From Azolla caroliniana (taxonomy: Eukaryota > Plantae > Polypodiophyta): a stretch of DNA of 64,000 nt. The position numbers were made by a program, and so were the translations under genes. Of this stretch, positions 60,301-64,000 are shown in pieces. The stretch spans positions 2,914,001-2,978,000 of the forward strand of contig JBHGNT010000015.1 of assembly GCA_043228905.1 (NCBI GenBank). The letters are read 5' to 3'. The number at the start of each line of letters is the position of its first letter. The stretch's first letter is position 1. Below the pieces are notes generated by a model. That model worked only from the letters and a program-made list of their open reading frames with translations. It ran no database searches and was not told the origin of the DNA.

Positions 60301-62669
60301 AATACCTTAGGAAATATGGACCGGCAGTAAGCCGAATGATGACAAGCTGAGGATCTTTGGTTGCGAGGCATACTCCCTCATACCGAAAGACGATCGCCGG
60401 AAACTCGAACCAAGATCAAGGAAATGCGTTTTCCTTGGTTATGGACCCGACGGCGAGATCGGATACCGACTCTGGGACCCCGAGCATAGACAAATCGTTC
60501 GAAGTTCGGACGTCGTGTTCAATGAGTCGGCTATGCATAAAACGGCCGAAAGGCGTTTTGAAGTCTGAAGGGTAATATTTTCCGACGTGCCAACCCTTCA
60601 TGACGGCCCAACCCACAACAAGAGATCGGTTTCACGGGTAACCGACAACTCTCGCACCGAATCCACCGATTCGGCATAGCCGAATGGCTCGGCTCCCGAC
60701 CATCCAACATCGACACCCGGTGCGACTAGTCCAGTCATACCTCGCAGATCCGAGAGACTGTCGCAACCTCCGGAGAGGTACTCTCCCGGAATTTTCTTTA
60801 CCGACGCTGATGAACCGACGTCTTACGAAGAAGCATTGGCATTTGCCAATTCAGCCACATGGCATCTGGCGATGGAGTCGGAAATGCACTCCATTCGGGC
60901 AAACAAGACTTGGGACTTGGTCGAATTACCGAAGAATCGACGTGCTCTTCCATGTAAGTGGGTCTATTGACTAAAAGAGATGTCCGACTCGACCAACCCA
61001 AAGTACAAGGCCAGATTAGTTGCGAAGGGATTTAGACAAGAATATGACGTCGACTTTGACGAAAGCTTTTCACCAGTGGTGAAAATGACGACCCTCCGTT
61101 TCATGGTCGGCGTCATGGCCGCCGACAACTTGGAGCTGTTTCAGCTAGATGTAAAAACGACATTCCTCCATGGTGACCTACAGGAGGAAATCTATATGGA
61201 GCAGCTATAGGCTTTGTGGCATCCGGCCAGGAACATCTAGTCTACCGACTCAGGAAGAGTCTCTACGGCCTGAAACAGGCACCCCGACAGTGGTACAAGA
61301 AGTTCGACGACTTCATCTAATCGGTCGGCTTCTCAAAGAGCGATGAGGACCACTGTCTCTTCACCAAAACAGCTCAAGATGGGTCTCCCGTCTTCCTCAT
61401 CATCTACGTGGACGACATGCTACTCTCTGGTCGGCATGCCGGAGAGCTCACCGAACTCGCCCGGAAAGAACGGTTGAAGTTTGCCATGAAGGACCTCAGT
61501 CCGGCAAGACACATACTCGATATGAAGATTAGTCGGCATCGCGATACACGACAACTTTTCTTGTCTCAAGCCGACTACATTGGACGTGTCTTGGAACGTT
61601 TTAACATGCACTTGGCCAAGTCTGCTTCAACCCCGCTCCCCATCAACCTTCGGCTATCTCAGCGAGACTGCCCGACATCCGGTCCGGAGGGGGAAGATAT
61701 GAAGTCGGTACCGTATGCACCAACAGTCGGCTCCCTCATGTACGCGATGGTCGCGACATGGCCTGATATTTCTCACGTCATAGGAGTCGTCAGCAGATTC
61801 ATGCATAACCCCGACTGATCGCACTAGAACGCAGCCAAGCATGTGTTCAGATATCTAGCTGGCACAAAAGACCAAGACATTCTTTTCGGCCCGAACTCAA
61901 CCTCAGGAGTAGTCGGTTACAACGACTCGGACTTCGCCGACTGTGTGGATAGTCGGAAATCATCAACCGGATACTGTTTCAAATTTGGCCATGGAGCAAT
62001 CTCGTGGAAGTCAAAACTTTAGGAGTGCACAACCACCTCAACGACCGAAGCGGAATATGTAGGTGCGTTCGACGCGGCAAAAGAAGCTTTATGGCTCGGT
62101 CGGCTGGCGCACACGTTTCGACAGGTCGACCCTGACTCGGCTCTAGTTGTCTACAACGATAGTTTGGGTGTTGTTGTTTTGTCAAAAAAGTCGTAGATGG
62201 AATGACCAGGTGTCTTTCGGTGGATCGTTTCCGGTCCCTTTGGCACCAGATGGGCGTAATGAAAAATCGGTCCGATTAAAGTCGGACACACAACACAGGA
62301 TGGTTTCGGACCACCGACATCGGTTCTCTGAGGATCGGCTTCAGCTCTTCTGACCCGATTGGTTCGGTCCTCTGTCTTCGGATCTTGCCGACTCTGACAA
62401 AACCGATCTGTCCAATAAACCTTGTATATATACTTGTAATTCTTTAGATAACCCATGTATACGCCCATTACGGGGGAGTGTCGAATATGAGTGTATAATG
62501 GCCGTATTCACATTATCCCTTTGGACAGCCCAAGTTTGGGCCATTTCTGTAAATAGCATAAAGGGCAGTTGCCCTAGGATAGTCACTATATAAAGTGACT
62601 TTGTAACCTTTAGTGAAGGTTGGTTGTCATTTGTAACAGTTGCTGTTGGAATACAACGTTTCCTTTGTG

Positions 62670-62725
<56 letters not shown>

Positions 62726-62811
62726 TATGTCTATCTTGCTCATGCATACACAGGTTCTTCTTCATCACGAATGTTGCTTGCACTTCCGCATTGACGGCCT
62801 TGTCCCCAACA
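57399..62811 (+). mobile_element. Ty1/Copia element H, full length but decayed
   Basis: LTRs 57399-57685 and 62479-62811 (TGTCG...CAACA), TSD CCCGA/CTCGA, PBS TGGTATAAGAGC 57688-57699, PPT GGGGGAG. Confidence 0.92.
58367..62280 (+). pseudogene. gag-pol: Element H gag-pol with stops, frameshifts and deletions
   Basis: FDGSNFNFWK, CNYCKKPGHIKADC, WLLDSGAS, WHERLGH, KARLVAKGF, YVDDM. Confidence 0.9.
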
Positions 62812-63010
62812 CTCGATACCGTCTGAACCGGGTATGAGCCGAAGCAAACACCGGAGATCGTCCGAACCAGATATCAGCCGAAGCGGACATCCATCGAAAG
62901 GAACCGACCTGAGTTGAGCTTGAGGGGGCATGTTGAGAATCAAGCTCAACATACCTTTTGAGAATCTATTATTACTCAAAGGTCAAGAGTCACACCACTA
63001 CTCTCTACAC

Positions 63011-64000
63011 ATACATCCTCCGGATTGAGGGCACTAGTTGAGGTAGAGGCCGACATAGAGTTTGCTCTATGTTTCATCATGAACATTCCACCACGGTCAG
63101 AGTTGTGTCCATACATTCCGCCACGATCTTCGTAGTCGGAGTTGTGCCCGTACATTCTGCTATACTCTTTGTAGTCAGAATTGTGCGCGTAATTTGTGAG
63201 TTGTTGGCTTGTGGAAGCCGATTCACGCATCTTCTTTCAACACTCTTCTTCGTGGTGGCCGAGCTTTCCGCAATATCCACATTCGAGTGCGTTTTGATGG
63301 CTCGGGCCGGAGTGGAAGCTCCTCCTTCTTGCGAAGGTTCCTCGTTGGCTTCCATTTTGCGGCCGAACTTGGGAGTTGTTGTCGTAGGTCGGAGCTCGTC
63401 TGCCTTGTCCTTGGCCGAATCGATCTCTCGCTTGTCCACGTCCTCTTCCTCCGTTGGAGTGCGTGTAGAGCATTTGGCCTTCCGAGGCATTGTTCCTTGT
63501 TCGAACATGATTCTCTTCAACCAACAACATGGATTGAAGATCGAAGAAGGAGGGAGGATTCTCCCGTGCTAGTACGACAGTCCGCATCGTGCTGAATCAT
63601 GGTGCAAGGCCGCCGAGGCATATTTGCACCATCTCATCATCGTCCACATTGACGCTTATCGAGCCGAGCGAGTCGCAAAGCTCCTTGATCTTCAAGGTGT
63701 AGCTTGTAATGGACATATCCCGTGGTTGAACATGATTCTCTTCAAACAACAACATGGATTGAAGATCGAAGGAGGGAGGATTCTCCCGTGCTAGTACGGC
63801 AGTCCGCATTGCGCCGAATCGTGGTGCAAGGCCGCCGAGGCATATTTGCACCATCTCATCATCGTCCACATTGACGCTTATTGAGCCAAGCGAGTCGCAA
63901 AGCTCCTTGATCTTCAAGGTGTAGCTTGTAATGGACATATCCCTTTCTTGAATGTTATTCAACTCTTGGCGAAGTTGAAGCTTTCTCGCAATCGTGTTGG
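63011..64000 (-). mobile_element. gag: Ty1/Copia gag fragment I (same family as 1-1125) with internal tandem duplication
   Basis: QERDMSITSYTLKIKELCDSLGSI occurs twice, then CGYCGKLGHHEEEC. Homologous to 20-285. Confidence 0.85.

Larger units (their letters stand above)
55860..63010 (+). mobile_element. Ty1/Copia element G: deleted INT-RT-RH, 3' UTR, start of 3' LTR; hosts element H
   Basis: LPKSYWAE..FGSIAYVHIP, GVDYEETFAPVAK, LYVDDL, HTKHIEVHYHFIRE. PPT TGAGGGGGCA is followed by TGTTGAGAATCAAGCTCAAC at 62931. Confidence 0.8.

Overview
Eukaryotic plant heterochromatin, made almost entirely of nested transposable elements, with a 100-N scaffold gap at 31046-31145. No intact host gene is recognisable. 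The mix of Tcn1-type chromoviruses, a Sola-like transposase and LTRs carrying CT microsatellites suggests a non-seed plant such as a fern (inference). Left half: an old Tcn1-type Gypsy (B) carries a second one (A, 1707-22483). A in turn carries an intact Copia with apparently identical LTRs (C, 3496-8801) and an Athila/Tat-like Gypsy with a large extra ORF (D, 9282-19489). A tRNA-Met-primed chromovirus (E) follows. Right half: LINE, hAT and Sola-like relics, a solo LTR, and four Copia pieces (F, G, H, I), with a deleted copy of D inserted in F. Main observations: (1) family D has no polypurine tract; in both copies that position holds a tRNA-3'-half mimic ending in CCA (TCA in the second copy), the reverse complement of its own PBS. 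(2) Three divergent TGTCA..TGACA LTR families share an outward-facing tRNA-like A/B-box module and a heat-shock-element array. (3) Two of these show covarying Tf1-style self-priming signals. All calls were made by eye, without database searches.
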